From: an uncultured bacterium
GTDB taxonomy: Bacteria; Actinomycetota; Acidimicrobiia; Spongiisociales; UBA5794
Direction: 5' to 3'
Assembly: GCA_963801165.1 (NCBI GenBank)
Contig: CAWDDT010000007.1
Coordinates: forward strand, 32,001 to 96,000
Length of the DNA: 64,000 nt
The notes under the pieces are model-generated. The model searched no databases and had not been told where the DNA came from. It saw only the letters and a program-made list of their open reading frames with translations. The translations under genes were made by a program, and so were the position numbers. Positions 36,382-45,898 of the stretch are shown in pieces. Within the stretch, counting starts at the first letter, position 1. Every line of letters starts with the position of its first letter.

Positions 36382-38846
36382 CCGCCGAGATGCGAGCCAC
36401 CGGCATCGACCGGATACGTCAGCTCGGCCGCAAGCTGGTGCGCAACGCCCGTGACAAGAACAAGTGGCGCAAAGTAGTCAAGGTCCGGCTCTGGATGCCG
36501 GTCGTGCTCCAGATCTTGTTGATCATGGCCCTCCTCTGGTACACCAGCACCCGCTTCAACGGGTTCATCAATCAGGCGAACATCCTCAACATCCTGCTGC
36601 TGGCAATGCCGCTCTCCCTGGCCGCGATCGCCCAGACCCATGCGATTCTGGTCGGATACCTCGACCTGTCGGTCGGTGCGATGATCAGCTTCGGGGTCGT
36701 TGCCGGCTCCTTCCTCATGGGCGCCGACGCGTCGGCAGGCCAGATCGCTCTCGCGATCCCGGTCATCCTCGGCTGCGGTGTCGGTCTCGGTCTGGTCAAC
36801 GCCGGTCTGATTCGTGGGTTCAGGATCCCGTCGTTGATTGCAACTCTCGCCACGTTGAGCATTCTCGACGGGATCTCGCTGACGCTGCGACCTTCCGCAC
36901 AAGGGGTCATCAGCGGCGACCTGGTTTCCGTTCTCACCAAGCGCATTGGACCGATCCCCATCGCCTTCGTCGTCATCGTCGTCGGTGCCGTGCTTCTCGA
37001 CGTTTGGCTGCATGCCTCGGGGTCCGGGCTTGCGGTGCGGGCGGTCGGATTCGACGAGCGGGCGGCCAAGCGGGGCGGGATACCCACAAACTGGATTCGG
37101 GTGCGGGCGCTGATTCTCTCCAGCCTGCTGGCGGCCGTCGCTGCGTTCTTCGTGATGGCTAGATCGCCGATCGGTAATCCCCAGATCGGCTCTCCCTTCG
37201 CGTTGAACAGCATCACCGCAGCCGTTCTCGGCGGTGCATCGCTGGCGGGAGGCCGGGCGACATTCGTCGGCAGTACGGTCGCCTCCATTTTGCTCGCCTT
37301 GATCATCTCTGTGCTGCCGTTCCTGGGCCTGTCTCCGGACGACGGCTCGATGATCATCGGTCTGCTCGTGCTGATCGGGATCGTGCTCTTCCAGGTCGGG
37401 GATCTCAAAGAGTTGGTCAAGCGCAACTTCAGGCGAGCCCGCCGGCTTGTTCTCGGCAGCGGGGTCGTCGACAAGACGGAGATCCCGGCGTTCTACCCGC
37501 AGGGGACAGACTTCGCGGTTGTCCCCACCGGCCGGAAGTTGATCAAGAACGGCATCATCTTGACTCTGGATCAGACCATTGGAGATCTCCTCCCCGGGGA
37601 TGTCCTCATCGAGGATGACCGAATCGTCCGGGTGGCCCCGGAGATCGCCGTCGATGGCGCCGAGGTCATCGATGCCACCGGGATGATCGTGATGCCGGGC
37701 TTCATCGATACTCATCGCCACATCTGGGAGGGTCTGCTGCGCAACCTCGGCACCGATGTTCCGCTGGAGGGGAGGACGAGCTACATATCGTTCGTTCTCC
37801 ACAAGCTGGCGCCTGCCTTCCGTCCGGAGGACGCCTATGTGGGCGACCTCGTGTCGGCTCTCGGTGCTATCGATGCCGGGGTCACGACGTTGCTCGACTG
37901 GTCGCACATCCAGGGGTCACCGGCTCACACCGATGCAGTCGTCCAGGCGTTGAACGACTCCGGGATGCGTGCCGTCTTCGCCTATGGCTTTCCTTGGTGG
38001 GGCAAGTGGGAGGAGCGCCAGCCGAGCTGGTTCGTCCGCGCCGCCACCGAGCACTTCTCGACGCAGGACCAGAAGCTGTCGCTCGCCCTGGCGGCTCCCG
38101 GTCCCGAGTTCACGGACTTCGAAGTATCCCGGGACCATTGGAAACTGGCGAGAGAGACAGGCGCCAGGATCACCACCCACGTCGGGGTGGGCAGCTACGG
38201 ACTGGACTCAAAGGTGCAGGAGATGGGCGAAGCCGGCTTGCTCGGTCCCGACACGACTTACATCCACTGCACGACCCTCAACGACACCGAGATCCAGATG
38301 ATCGTCGATACCGGGGGGACCGTCTCGCTTGCTTCGCCGGTGGAGATGATGATGGGTCATGGCATGCCGCCGATCCAGAAGTTCCTCGATCGCGGCCTTC
38401 ATCCCAGCCTCAGCGTCGATGTCGAGACAAACGTGCCCTCCGACATGTTCAATCAGATGCGCTCGGTGCTCGGTTTGCAGAGGAACCTGGCCGCGGCGAG
38501 CGGGCGGGATCCGATCTCGGCCCGCGACGTGCTGTCCTACGCGACCATCGAGGGCGCCCGGGCCACCGGGCTCGATGCCAAGGTGGGAACCCTGACGCCG
38601 GGCAAGAAGGCCGACCTCATCCTGTTGCGGACCGACCGGATGAACGTCACTCCGCTCAACGACCCGGTGACCTCAGTTGTGCTCGGCATGGACACGGGCA
38701 ACGTCGACACCGTGATCATCGACGGCAGGATCATGAAACGCAGCGGGAAGCTGCTGCACGTCAACTGGCCGGCGCTGCGACGCCAGATCGACGAGTCACG
38801 AGATCATGTGATCGCCAAGTCGGGTTTCCGTCTCCCGAAGATCTGA
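36378..38846 (+). CDS. Fusion of an RbsC-like ABC permease (N-term) and an amidohydrolase (C-term)
   Basis: LDLSVG, LIATLA, ITAAVLGGASLAGG, then in the same frame PGFIDTHRH, THV, IHC, SVD, GTLTPGKKAD. Confidence 0.88.
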   Translation: MTAEMRATGIDRIRQLGRKLVRNARDKNKWRKVVKVRLWMPVVLQILLIMALLWYTSTRFNGFINQANILNILLLAMPLSLAAIAQTHAILVGYLDLSVGAMISFGVVAGSFLMGADASAGQIALAIPVILGCGVGLGLVNAGLIRGFRIPSLIATLATLSILDGISLTLRPSAQGVISGDLVSVLTKRIGPIPIAFVVIVVGAVLLDVWLHASGSGLAVRAVGFDERAAKRGGIPTNWIRVRALILSSLLAAVAAFFVMARSPIGNPQIGSPFALNSITAAVLGGASLAGGRATFVGSTVASILLALIISVLPFLGLSPDDGSMIIGLLVLIGIVLFQVGDLKELVKRNFRRARRLVLGSGVVDKTEIPAFYPQGTDFAVVPTGRKLIKNGIILTLDQTIGDLLPGDVLIEDDRIVRVAPEIAVDGAEVIDATGMIVMPGFIDTHRHIWEGLLRNLGTDVPLEGRTSYISFVLHKLAPAFRPEDAYVGDLVSALGAIDAGVTTLLDWSHIQGSPAHTDAVVQALNDSGMRAVFAYGFPWWGKWEERQPSWFVRAATEHFSTQDQKLSLALAAPGPEFTDFEVSRDHWKLARETGARITTHVGVGSYGLDSKVQEMGEAGLLGPDTTYIHCTTLNDTEIQMIVDTGGTVSLASPVEMMMGHGMPPIQKFLDRGLHPSLSVDVETNVPSDMFNQMRSVLGLQRNLAAASGRDPISARDVLSYATIEGARATGLDAKVGTLTPGKKADLILLRTDRMNVTPLNDPVTSVVLGMDTGNVDTVIIDGRIMKRSGKLLHVNWPALRRQIDESRDHVIAKSGFRLPKI

Positions 38847-38853
38847 GCTCGCC

Positions 38854-40035
38854 TTACGGTATCTCCCCGGCGAACTGGATCATCCCCCACTCACCATCGG
38901 TCAGCCACGTGGGGTCGGTGGCCAGGGCGTCCCGCGCCACCGCGGGGGCGACGCCGGCCGCAACCAGGGACTTGGCCGCACGCACCGCCAGCAGCGGCTG
39001 GAGCGGACGCACGATCTTCTCGAATGGTGTCGTCGGGTCCCAATGGAGGTCGCCGAGCAGCCTCCTGTAGTTGGCGTCACCCTTGACGATGACCAGGTCG
39101 GCCTCCGCCAGGTAGTCGACGAGGTCGGGTGGGCACTCCCAGAAAGGCAGAGGGGACACCCAGAAAGGATGCGTCGTGACAACTAGAGACCCGTTGCCCC
39201 GGCTCTTGGTGAGGATCCCGGCAACCTCGGACGCCGGTGCCGGCTCGGTGGCGAGACGGGCAATCGTCGCTTCGAAATCGGGGAGTGTCACATCCGATAC
39301 GAACGTCGGGTGCGGTTTGAGGTGGATGGTCACCCGGCCGCCGCGGCCGAGGACATGTGCCGTAACCATGAGGTCGGCAACCAGCTCGGCGCCGGCATTG
39401 TCGAGAATCAGGTGCACGGAGTTGGAACCTTCGCCGAGCAGCTCGACGGCGCGATCTGTGTCGTCCGCCAGGAGCCGTTCCGAGCGGTTCAATCCGAGGA
39501 TGTCGGCTGTCCGAGCCGCCGCTTCGCGCTCACCGGCCGGCCACAGGCTGAGATCCACGCGGTTGGCCCACAGTGAAGCTGCGAGCAAGATCGGAAGCTC
39601 GTCGACCACATGCCCGAGCCGCCCGCCGAGGGGAACGGCGCCATCGAGCCCGATCGCCTTCTGAGCGGTGAACGGGTCGACACCCTCACGGTCGCCCGGC
39701 TGCGAGTACCCCGTTGCTGCCAGCAGCCGCCGGTAGAAGTACGTCTCGGCGAAGAACCACGGGATGTCGCGCCAGGTCATACCCAAATACGGTGCGACGT
39801 ACTCCTTCCAGGCGGCGGCGTCGGAGAGGAGCGGCTCGTCGATCTCTGCGACGACGCCCTCGTGTATCTCGGCCACGAGCGCTTCGACGAGGCTGGTCCG
39901 TGTGGCGTCGAGCTCGTTCTCGGCGAGGGTCCGGCGTGCGATGTCGGGGAGCCTGCGCATGACGGACTCTTCAGTGAACGTACCGATCTCGTTGGCTCGA
40001 AGCGAAGCTGGTCGCGGGTGCTTTGGTGGGATCAT
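38854..40035 (-). CDS. Damage-control phosphatase, ARMT1/DUF89 family
   Basis: PWFFAETYFYRRL, LWANRVDLS, ILDNAGAEL..D, FVSD, KGDANYRRL. Confidence 0.88.
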   Translation of the reverse strand: MIPPKHPRPASLRANEIGTFTEESVMRRLPDIARRTLAENELDATRTSLVEALVAEIHEGVVAEIDEPLLSDAAAWKEYVAPYLGMTWRDIPWFFAETYFYRRLLAATGYSQPGDREGVDPFTAQKAIGLDGAVPLGGRLGHVVDELPILLAASLWANRVDLSLWPAGEREAAARTADILGLNRSERLLADDTDRAVELLGEGSNSVHLILDNAGAELVADLMVTAHVLGRGGRVTIHLKPHPTFVSDVTLPDFEATIARLATEPAPASEVAGILTKSRGNGSLVVTTHPFWVSPLPFWECPPDLVDYLAEADLVIVKGDANYRRLLGDLHWDPTTPFEKIVRPLQPLLAVRAAKSLVAAGVAPAVARDALATDPTWLTDGEWGMIQFAGEIP

Positions 40036-40154
40036 CGGCTTTCTCTTGGTCTTTGAGGGGCTGAACGATAACGCCACGAGAAGGGGCCACCTCCGCGGCT
40101 GGCCAGTCTCACGTCGGTAAGATGCCGCTCCGCGGTACGGGGACAGATGGCCAT

Positions 40155-41009
40155 ATGCCAACCGAGAACACCGAGGTCATTGCCCTCGAGAAGGTGTCGG
40201 TGGTCCGTGATGGCCACTACCTGCTGCGGGCCGTCGATTGGTGTGTCGCTCGTCATGAGCGCTGGGTCGTGCTCGGGCCAAACGGTGCAGGCAAGACAAC
40301 CATGCTCCAGGTGGCCTCGACGTACCTCGGCCCAACCCACGGCACGGTCCGGTTGCTCGGCAACGTGTACGGCAGAGTGGACGCACGAGCCCTCCGGGAG
40401 CGAATCGGCTATGCAGGGGCAGGTCCCGCAGGGCTCGTCAGGCCGGACCTGCGCACTCTCGATGTCGTTGTGACCGGTCGCCACGCATCGTTTGTTCCGA
40501 CCCGCTTTCACACCTACACAGATGACGACTGGCGCACCGCCCGGAACAACCTGGGTCGGCTCGCCGCAGGCCACCTCACCGACCGCCGATTCGGAACGCT
40601 GTCGTCGGGCGAGCGGCAGCGGGTGTTGATCGCCAGGAGCTTGATGACCCGGCCTGAGGTGCTGTTTCTCGACGAGGCCATGACCGGGCTGGACCTCGGG
40701 GCACGGGAGAGGCTGGTGGGCTCGCTTGCGGACCTGGCCGCCGACCCGGTCAGCCCCGCCGTGGTGTTGGTGACCCATCACGTCGAGGAGATCCCGCCGG
40801 GTTTCGGATACGTCTTGCTGATGAGAAACGGCAGCGTGGTCGTGTCGGGGCCGGTCGACGATGTGCTCACGGCAGACAGTCTGAGCGAGTGTTTCGAGCA
40901 GCCATTGCTCGTTGAGCGTCGCGATCGCCGCTACCACGCCTGGTCGAAGAATCGGCCGCAGGTGGTAGAGCCACCCGCGGCCGACGGAGGGGGACCCTCT
41001 TACTCGTGA
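40155..41009 (+). CDS. Orphan ABC ATP-binding protein (ModF/iron-complex-like)
   Basis: GPNGAGKTT, LSSGERQR, LFLDE, VTHHVEEIP. Confidence 0.85.
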   Translation: MPTENTEVIALEKVSVVRDGHYLLRAVDWCVARHERWVVLGPNGAGKTTMLQVASTYLGPTHGTVRLLGNVYGRVDARALRERIGYAGAGPAGLVRPDLRTLDVVVTGRHASFVPTRFHTYTDDDWRTARNNLGRLAAGHLTDRRFGTLSSGERQRVLIARSLMTRPEVLFLDEAMTGLDLGARERLVGSLADLAADPVSPAVVLVTHHVEEIPPGFGYVLLMRNGSVVVSGPVDDVLTADSLSECFEQPLLVERRDRRYHAWSKNRPQVVEPPAADGGGPSYS

Positions 41010-41950
41010 GCCTTCACATGGTCTCTGATCACATCGGCCACGTGCGCCGGTGCCAGCCCGTACTTTTCGAGCAGTGCCTCATCCGGGCCCGACTCGCCGA
41101 AGATGTCGGAGATGCCGTGGATCTTCATCGGCAGTGGTGATTGCTGGGATAGCGTCTCAGCGATGGCACCGCCGAGGCCACCCACGACGGTGCCTTCCTC
41201 GGTTGTGACGACGAGACCGGTTCTCTGGGCGGCGGCAACGATCTCACCCACGTCCAGGGGTTTGATCGTCGGGACGTGTACCAGGTGCACGTCGATGCCT
41301 TCGTCGGCGAGGATCTCGGCGGCAGTGAGCGCCCGGGCCGTGTGCGTCCCCGTTGAGAACACGGTGACGTCCGAGCCCTCACGCATCGTTACGGTCTTGC
41401 CGATCACGAACTCGTAGTCGTCCGGAAGGATGATCGGGCTGTTGGGGCGGGTGAGCCTGTAGTAGATGGGGCCGTCGTACTCGAGGCCGGCGTTGATGGC
41501 CGCCCTCGTCTCGATCTCGTCGCCCGGGGCGATAACGGTCATGTACGCCATCGCCCGCATGATCGAAACATCGTCGAACAGGAGGTGGGTCTTGCCCGTG
41601 CTGCCGGCAAGCAGACCGGCGTAGCCGGCCATGATCTTGACGTTGGCCTTGGGCTGGGCGATGAGGACCCTGATGGCGTCGTGGGCTCGAGAGACCACGA
41701 AGGCCGAGAAGGTGCTCACGATCGGGATGAGCCCGACGGTGGCCATGCCGGCTGCCATACCGAACATGTTCATCTCGGCGATGCCAACCTGGAAGAAGCG
41801 GTCGCGGTGCGCCGCCTCGAAGATATCGGTGCGGGTCGAGCTCCCGGTGTCCCCGTCGAGAACGACGATGCGGTCGTTGGTGTTGGCGGCCTCGCTGATT
41901 GTCTCGCCCATTGTGACCCGGAGCGACTTGCCCATCGTGCGCGTTGTCAT
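41000..41950 (-). CDS. Transketolase, C-terminal subunit
   Basis: VGIAEMNM..MAAG.A, GKTH, YYRLTR, TIKPLD, GGLGGAIAE. Confidence 0.9.
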   Translation of the reverse strand: MTTRTMGKSLRVTMGETISEAANTNDRIVVLDGDTGSSTRTDIFEAAHRDRFFQVGIAEMNMFGMAAGMATVGLIPIVSTFSAFVVSRAHDAIRVLIAQPKANVKIMAGYAGLLAGSTGKTHLLFDDVSIMRAMAYMTVIAPGDEIETRAAINAGLEYDGPIYYRLTRPNSPIILPDDYEFVIGKTVTMREGSDVTVFSTGTHTARALTAAEILADEGIDVHLVHVPTIKPLDVGEIVAAAQRTGLVVTTEEGTVVGGLGGAIAETLSQQSPLPMKIHGISDIFGESGPDEALLEKYGLAPAHVADVIRDHVKAHE

Positions 41951-42816
41951 GCCGCACCTCCTTCGGGTTCGCCGAGTTCTTTCATCGCCGCCGCCATTTG
42001 CTCGTCGCTTGGCACCTTGCTGTGCCATTCCGGCCGGTTCTCCATGAAGGAGACGCCCTTGCCCTTGACGGTGTGGGCGATGATGGCCACAGGCTCTCCG
42101 GTGACCGCCTTGGCCTCCTCGAGGGCCGCGAGGATCGCCGGGACGTCGTGCCCGTCGATCTCGATGACATTCCAGTCGAAGGCCCGCCACCGGTCGGCCA
42201 ACTGGTCGCCCAGATAGGGGCTGATCCGCTCGTCGAGTGTCTCACCCGTCCAGCCGAACTGCTGGAGCTTGTTGTGGTCGACGAGGGCGACGATGTTGTC
42301 GAGACCGTATCGAGCGGCCACGTGGGCACCTTCCCAGACGACGCCTTCGTTGCATTCCCCGTCGCCGAGCATGACGTACGTCGTGAAGTCCTTGTGCGCT
42401 GCCCGGGCGCCCAGCGCGATACCGAGCGAGCCGGCAAAGCCGAGCCCGAGCGACCCCGATGACATGTCGACGCCGGGGGTCACCGTCTGATCCGGATGCC
42501 CTTGGAGGCGGGAGTTCACCGCATCGAATGTCTTCAGCTCATCGACCGGGAAATAGCCGCGGAGGGCGAGCGTCGAGTAGAGGGCAATCGAGCTGTGCCC
42601 CTTCGACAAGACGAAGCGGTCCCGATCGGGATCCGCCGGATTCTCGGGATCCACATTCATCACACCGAAATACAGTGTGGCCAGCATGTCCGCCGCCGAC
42701 AGTGGGCCGCCGACATGGCCCGCACCGGCATGGCGCACGGCCTTGAGGATCTCTACCCGGATCTGGCGGGCGTATTCCGCCAGCTCAGCCGGGGTATAGG
42801 TCAGCGTTTGGGTCAT
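41947..42816 (-). CDS. Transketolase, N-terminal subunit
   Basis: GHVGG, RDRFVLSKGH, LQGHP, GDGECNEG..WE, TVKGKG. Confidence 0.92.
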   Translation of the reverse strand: MTQTLTYTPAELAEYARQIRVEILKAVRHAGAGHVGGPLSAADMLATLYFGVMNVDPENPADPDRDRFVLSKGHSSIALYSTLALRGYFPVDELKTFDAVNSRLQGHPDQTVTPGVDMSSGSLGLGFAGSLGIALGARAAHKDFTTYVMLGDGECNEGVVWEGAHVAARYGLDNIVALVDHNKLQQFGWTGETLDERISPYLGDQLADRWRAFDWNVIEIDGHDVPAILAALEEAKAVTGEPVAIIAHTVKGKGVSFMENRPEWHSKVPSDEQMAAAMKELGEPEGGAA

Positions 42817-42856
42817 TGACGGTCTCCTCCAGATTGGTTGGTGTCGCGGGCTCCGG

Positions 42857-44107
42857 TCACTTCTGGTTCCTCCCGGCGGCCCTCTCCATGGCTTCCAGCA
42901 TCGGTAGCGACTGGCCGCTCAAGAAGCGTACGAGCGCGCCGCCGCCGGTGCTGACGAAATCGATAGCGTCGAGATCGACGAATCGCCGTGCGCTGGCAAC
43001 AGTGTCGCCACCGCCGATGACGGACTTCCCCGAAGCGCGGGCGACCGCTTCCCAGAGGTGCCGGGTCCCGTAGTCGCCGGCCACCGACTCGTAGACCCCG
43101 GCGGGCCCGTTCACGAAGATCGTTGCGGCCGCCGCGATGAGTTGCTCGTAGCGGGCGACTGTTTCCGAGCCGATATCGATGAGTTGCTCGCCGATGGGCA
43201 GATCGGCCACGGCGACCTCGCGGCGGCTTCCGTCTGCACCCGCATACGCAACGTCCACGGGCACGTGGATGCGATCCGCGTAAAGGCCCAGCCACTCCGC
43301 GGCCCTGGGCAGGAAGCCGTCGAGTGATCTATCGGTGATGAACTTCTTCGACGGCTCACCGAGGTCGGCGCCGCCCGCCCACAGGAACACGTTTGCGGTT
43401 ACCCCCGAGGTGATGATGTCGTCGGCCGTGCCGTCCTGGAGCACCTTGCCCATCATGGCAAACGCATCGGAGATCTTGAGACCGCCCAGCACGAAGAGAC
43501 AGGGCCGCGCCGGATTCTCGGCGACGCTCGATAACGTGTTCACCTCGTCCATGAGCAGCCTGCCCCCGGCCGAGGGAAGGACCTCCTGGAAGCCGACGAG
43601 CGATGGCGCATTGCGATGTGCCGCAGCGAAGGCGTCGTTTACATACAGGTCCATTAGAGGCGCCAGGTGTCGGACCAGATAGGTCCTGGTCATTTCCTCA
43701 GGTGTCAGCTTCACCGCGTTCTCGAAAGTCGAGACCTCCTCGGTGAGAATCCGGATGTTCTCGAGCAACAGGATCTGGCCGTCCTCGAGGTCGGCAATGG
43801 CCTTGCGGGCGGCCGGGCCGGCGACGTCGTCAATGAACTTGACTTCTCTGCCAAGCTTGGCGGTGAGCTTGGTCGCGTGCTCTGCGAGCGACACGAGGTT
43901 GTGGTAGTCGAGCGTGTCGCCCTGATGGGCGATGATCACCAACCGTGCCCCGGCGTCCGCCAGGTCCGTGATCGTCGGCAGGCTCTTGTCCAGACGGTTC
44001 TCGTCGGCGATCTTGCCTGTCTCGCGATCGATCGGAGAGTTGATGTCGGGGCGCAACAGGACGGTGCGCCCCCGCAGCTCCATGTCATCGAGTGATCTGA
44101 TGTCCAT
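42857..44107 (-). CDS. pgk: Phosphoglycerate kinase family protein (archaeal-type, altered substrate site)
   Basis: DINSP, AHQG, LLENIR, VNDAFAAAHR, NGPAGVYE, GGGDT, STGGGA. Confidence 0.8.
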   Translation of the reverse strand: MDIRSLDDMELRGRTVLLRPDINSPIDRETGKIADENRLDKSLPTITDLADAGARLVIIAHQGDTLDYHNLVSLAEHATKLTAKLGREVKFIDDVAGPAARKAIADLEDGQILLLENIRILTEEVSTFENAVKLTPEEMTRTYLVRHLAPLMDLYVNDAFAAAHRNAPSLVGFQEVLPSAGGRLLMDEVNTLSSVAENPARPCLFVLGGLKISDAFAMMGKVLQDGTADDIITSGVTANVFLWAGGADLGEPSKKFITDRSLDGFLPRAAEWLGLYADRIHVPVDVAYAGADGSRREVAVADLPIGEQLIDIGSETVARYEQLIAAAATIFVNGPAGVYESVAGDYGTRHLWEAVARASGKSVIGGGDTVASARRFVDLDAIDFVSTGGGALVRFLSGQSLPMLEAMERAAGRNQK

Positions 44108-44121
44108 GGCAATCCGTTTCC

Positions 44122-45213
44122 CTAGGAGGACGCCCGCATGGCGGCGACGACGGCGGCACCCATCTCGTTGGTGGATGCGGATCCACCCATGTCCTTGGTC
44201 TTGACCTCTCCGGCGCGGAGCGTGGCGATGATCGCGTTCTGGATATGGGCGCCCGCCTCGTCCTCCCCGAGGATCTCGAGCATCATCCTGACCGCCTCGA
44301 TGGAGGCAATCGGGTTGACCACCTTCTTCCCCGTGTACTTCGGGGCCGAGCCGTGGATCGGCTCGAACATCGACGGGTAGTCGCCTTCGGGGTTGACGTT
44401 GCCACCGGCGGCGAATCCCATCCCGCCCTGGAGCATCGACCCGAGGTCGGTGATGATGTCGCCAAACAGGTTGGAGGCCACGATGACGTCGAAAAACTCC
44501 GGGTTCTTGACGAACCACATGGTGAGGGCGTCGACCAGCGCCTTGTCGGTCTCGATGTCGGGGAAATCAGCGGCCACGTAGTCGTATGCCTCATCCCAGA
44601 AGACCATCGAGTAGTTGAGAGCGTTCGACTTGGTGCAGTTGGTCACACGCCCGACCGGGTTGGTCGAGCCGAGCTTCTTGCGCTTGCGTGCCTGGTCGAA
44701 GCCGTAGCGGATCGCCCGCTCGCATCCCTTCCAGGTGAAGATGCCGGTCTGCAGGGCAAATGCGTCCGGTGTGCCCCGCTTGAAGAAGCCGCCGGTGCCC
44801 GAGTACTCGCCCTCGGTGTTCTCCCGGATCACCAGCATGTCGACGGTCTCCGGGGTGGCCGTCGAGATCGGGGAGGAGACACCCGGGTACAGCTTGATCG
44901 GGCGCAGGTTGACGTACTGGTCGAACCCTTTGCGAATGGCGAGCAGCATTGTGAGCGAGACGTCGTCCGGGATCTTGTTGGCGTCGCCGACGCAACCGAG
45001 GAAGATCGAATCGAAGGCGGCGAGGGTCTCGAGGGCGTTATCCGGCATCATGGCGCCCTTTTCGAGGTAGCGGTCGCAGGACCAGTCGAACAACTCGGTG
45101 CTCACCTCGAAACCGTGAATCTCGGCGGCCGCTCCGAGGACACGGACGGCTTCTTCGGTGATCTCGCCGCCTACGCCGTCTCCGGGAATGAGGGCGATTC
45201 GATAGGACGTCAT
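44122..45213 (-). CDS. Beta-decarboxylating dehydrogenase (tartrate/3-isopropylmalate DH family)
   Basis: PGDGVG.E, FDQYVNLRP, RENTEGEY, KSNAL, NLFGDIITD, MFEPIHGSAP. Confidence 0.9.
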   Translation of the reverse strand: MTSYRIALIPGDGVGGEITEEAVRVLGAAAEIHGFEVSTELFDWSCDRYLEKGAMMPDNALETLAAFDSIFLGCVGDANKIPDDVSLTMLLAIRKGFDQYVNLRPIKLYPGVSSPISTATPETVDMLVIRENTEGEYSGTGGFFKRGTPDAFALQTGIFTWKGCERAIRYGFDQARKRKKLGSTNPVGRVTNCTKSNALNYSMVFWDEAYDYVAADFPDIETDKALVDALTMWFVKNPEFFDVIVASNLFGDIITDLGSMLQGGMGFAAGGNVNPEGDYPSMFEPIHGSAPKYTGKKVVNPIASIEAVRMMLEILGEDEAGAHIQNAIIATLRAGEVKTKDMGGSASTNEMGAAVVAAMRASS

Positions 45214-45244
45214 GGTGTCTCCTTGGAACGTTCCACTTCGATCA

Positions 45245-45274
45245 AACTTAGCCTTTTTGGGTACCGAGTGTCAA
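45245..45274 (-). promoter_or_regulatory. Sigma70-type promoter of the dehydrogenase-PGK-transketolase operon
   Basis: Minus-strand TTGACA-N18-TAAGTT upstream of an AAGGAG RBS. Confidence 0.55.
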
Positions 45275-45402
45275 TGCTCGGCGTGCAGCCGTTCGATCTG
45301 CATTCCGGACATGAGCGACATTACACGCATGTAAGGGCAATGTGACAAACAGTTTACAAAGCCTCGCGCCGACTGAGTCGGCGAATTCCCATCAGGAACC
45401 TT

Positions 45403-45446
45403 CAGACCGCGACCAGACCGCGACCAGACCGCGAGGAGACCGCGAC
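45403..45446. repeat. Four tandem 11-bp units (CAGACCGCGAC)
   Basis: Units start at 45403, 45414, 45425 and 45436 with at most 1 mismatch each. Confidence 0.8.
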
Positions 45447-45544
45447 GTAGCGAACGAGATTGCCCGGTTGGATGCGCTGCGGCGAGCGGTCGTCTTCGTC
45501 GGGTGCGTCCGGTTTCGCTCAGCTGGGACCAGGGGCGCATGCGC

Positions 45545-45823
45545 TCAGGAGCGGACCCGAAACCCGGAGAGAGTGTCGTCGGGAACGACCGGAGGGTCGA
45601 GACGTCGGCGACCCGGGCCGCGGGCGGTCCTTCCTCGAGGAAGCCGACGAAGCGGGTAACGGCCTCCTCGGGACCCTGAGCCCACGTCCTGACGGTCCCA
45701 TCGGCCCGGTTCACCACCCACCCAACAAGACCGAGCGAGCGGCCACACGCAGGGTCGTGTAGCGGAAGCCGACTCCCTGAACCCGCCCGAAACGGTCGCC
45801 ACGACGGCGCTTTACTCCTCCAC
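45545..45823 (-). pseudogene. acyP: Acylphosphatase, multiply frameshifted
   Basis: [34 protein letters not shown] and LSGFRVR lie in successive different frames. Confidence 0.75.
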
Positions 45824-45898
45824 TGTGACCTCTGGTCGATCCAGCACCCAGTCTGTCACATTCCTATTCGCTTGGTGGGGCGCCAATGCACCGGCCGT

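Noticed and set aside
36123-37907. Long antisense ORFs (594 aa here; also 2318-3619, 17582-18922, 24552-25691, 44245-45345 and others)
   Set aside because: Shadow ORFs typical of high-GC coding DNA, lying opposite well-supported genes
44108-44518. Apparent N-terminal extension or fusion of PGK (also the 41951-42190 extension of the transketolase C subunit)
   Set aside because: Overlaps the upstream gene in another frame; RBS-linked starts exist at 44107 and 41950
44122-45213. Assigning leuB
   Set aside because: No leuC/leuD context; the family also includes tartrate and D-malate dehydrogenases, so the substrate cannot be called
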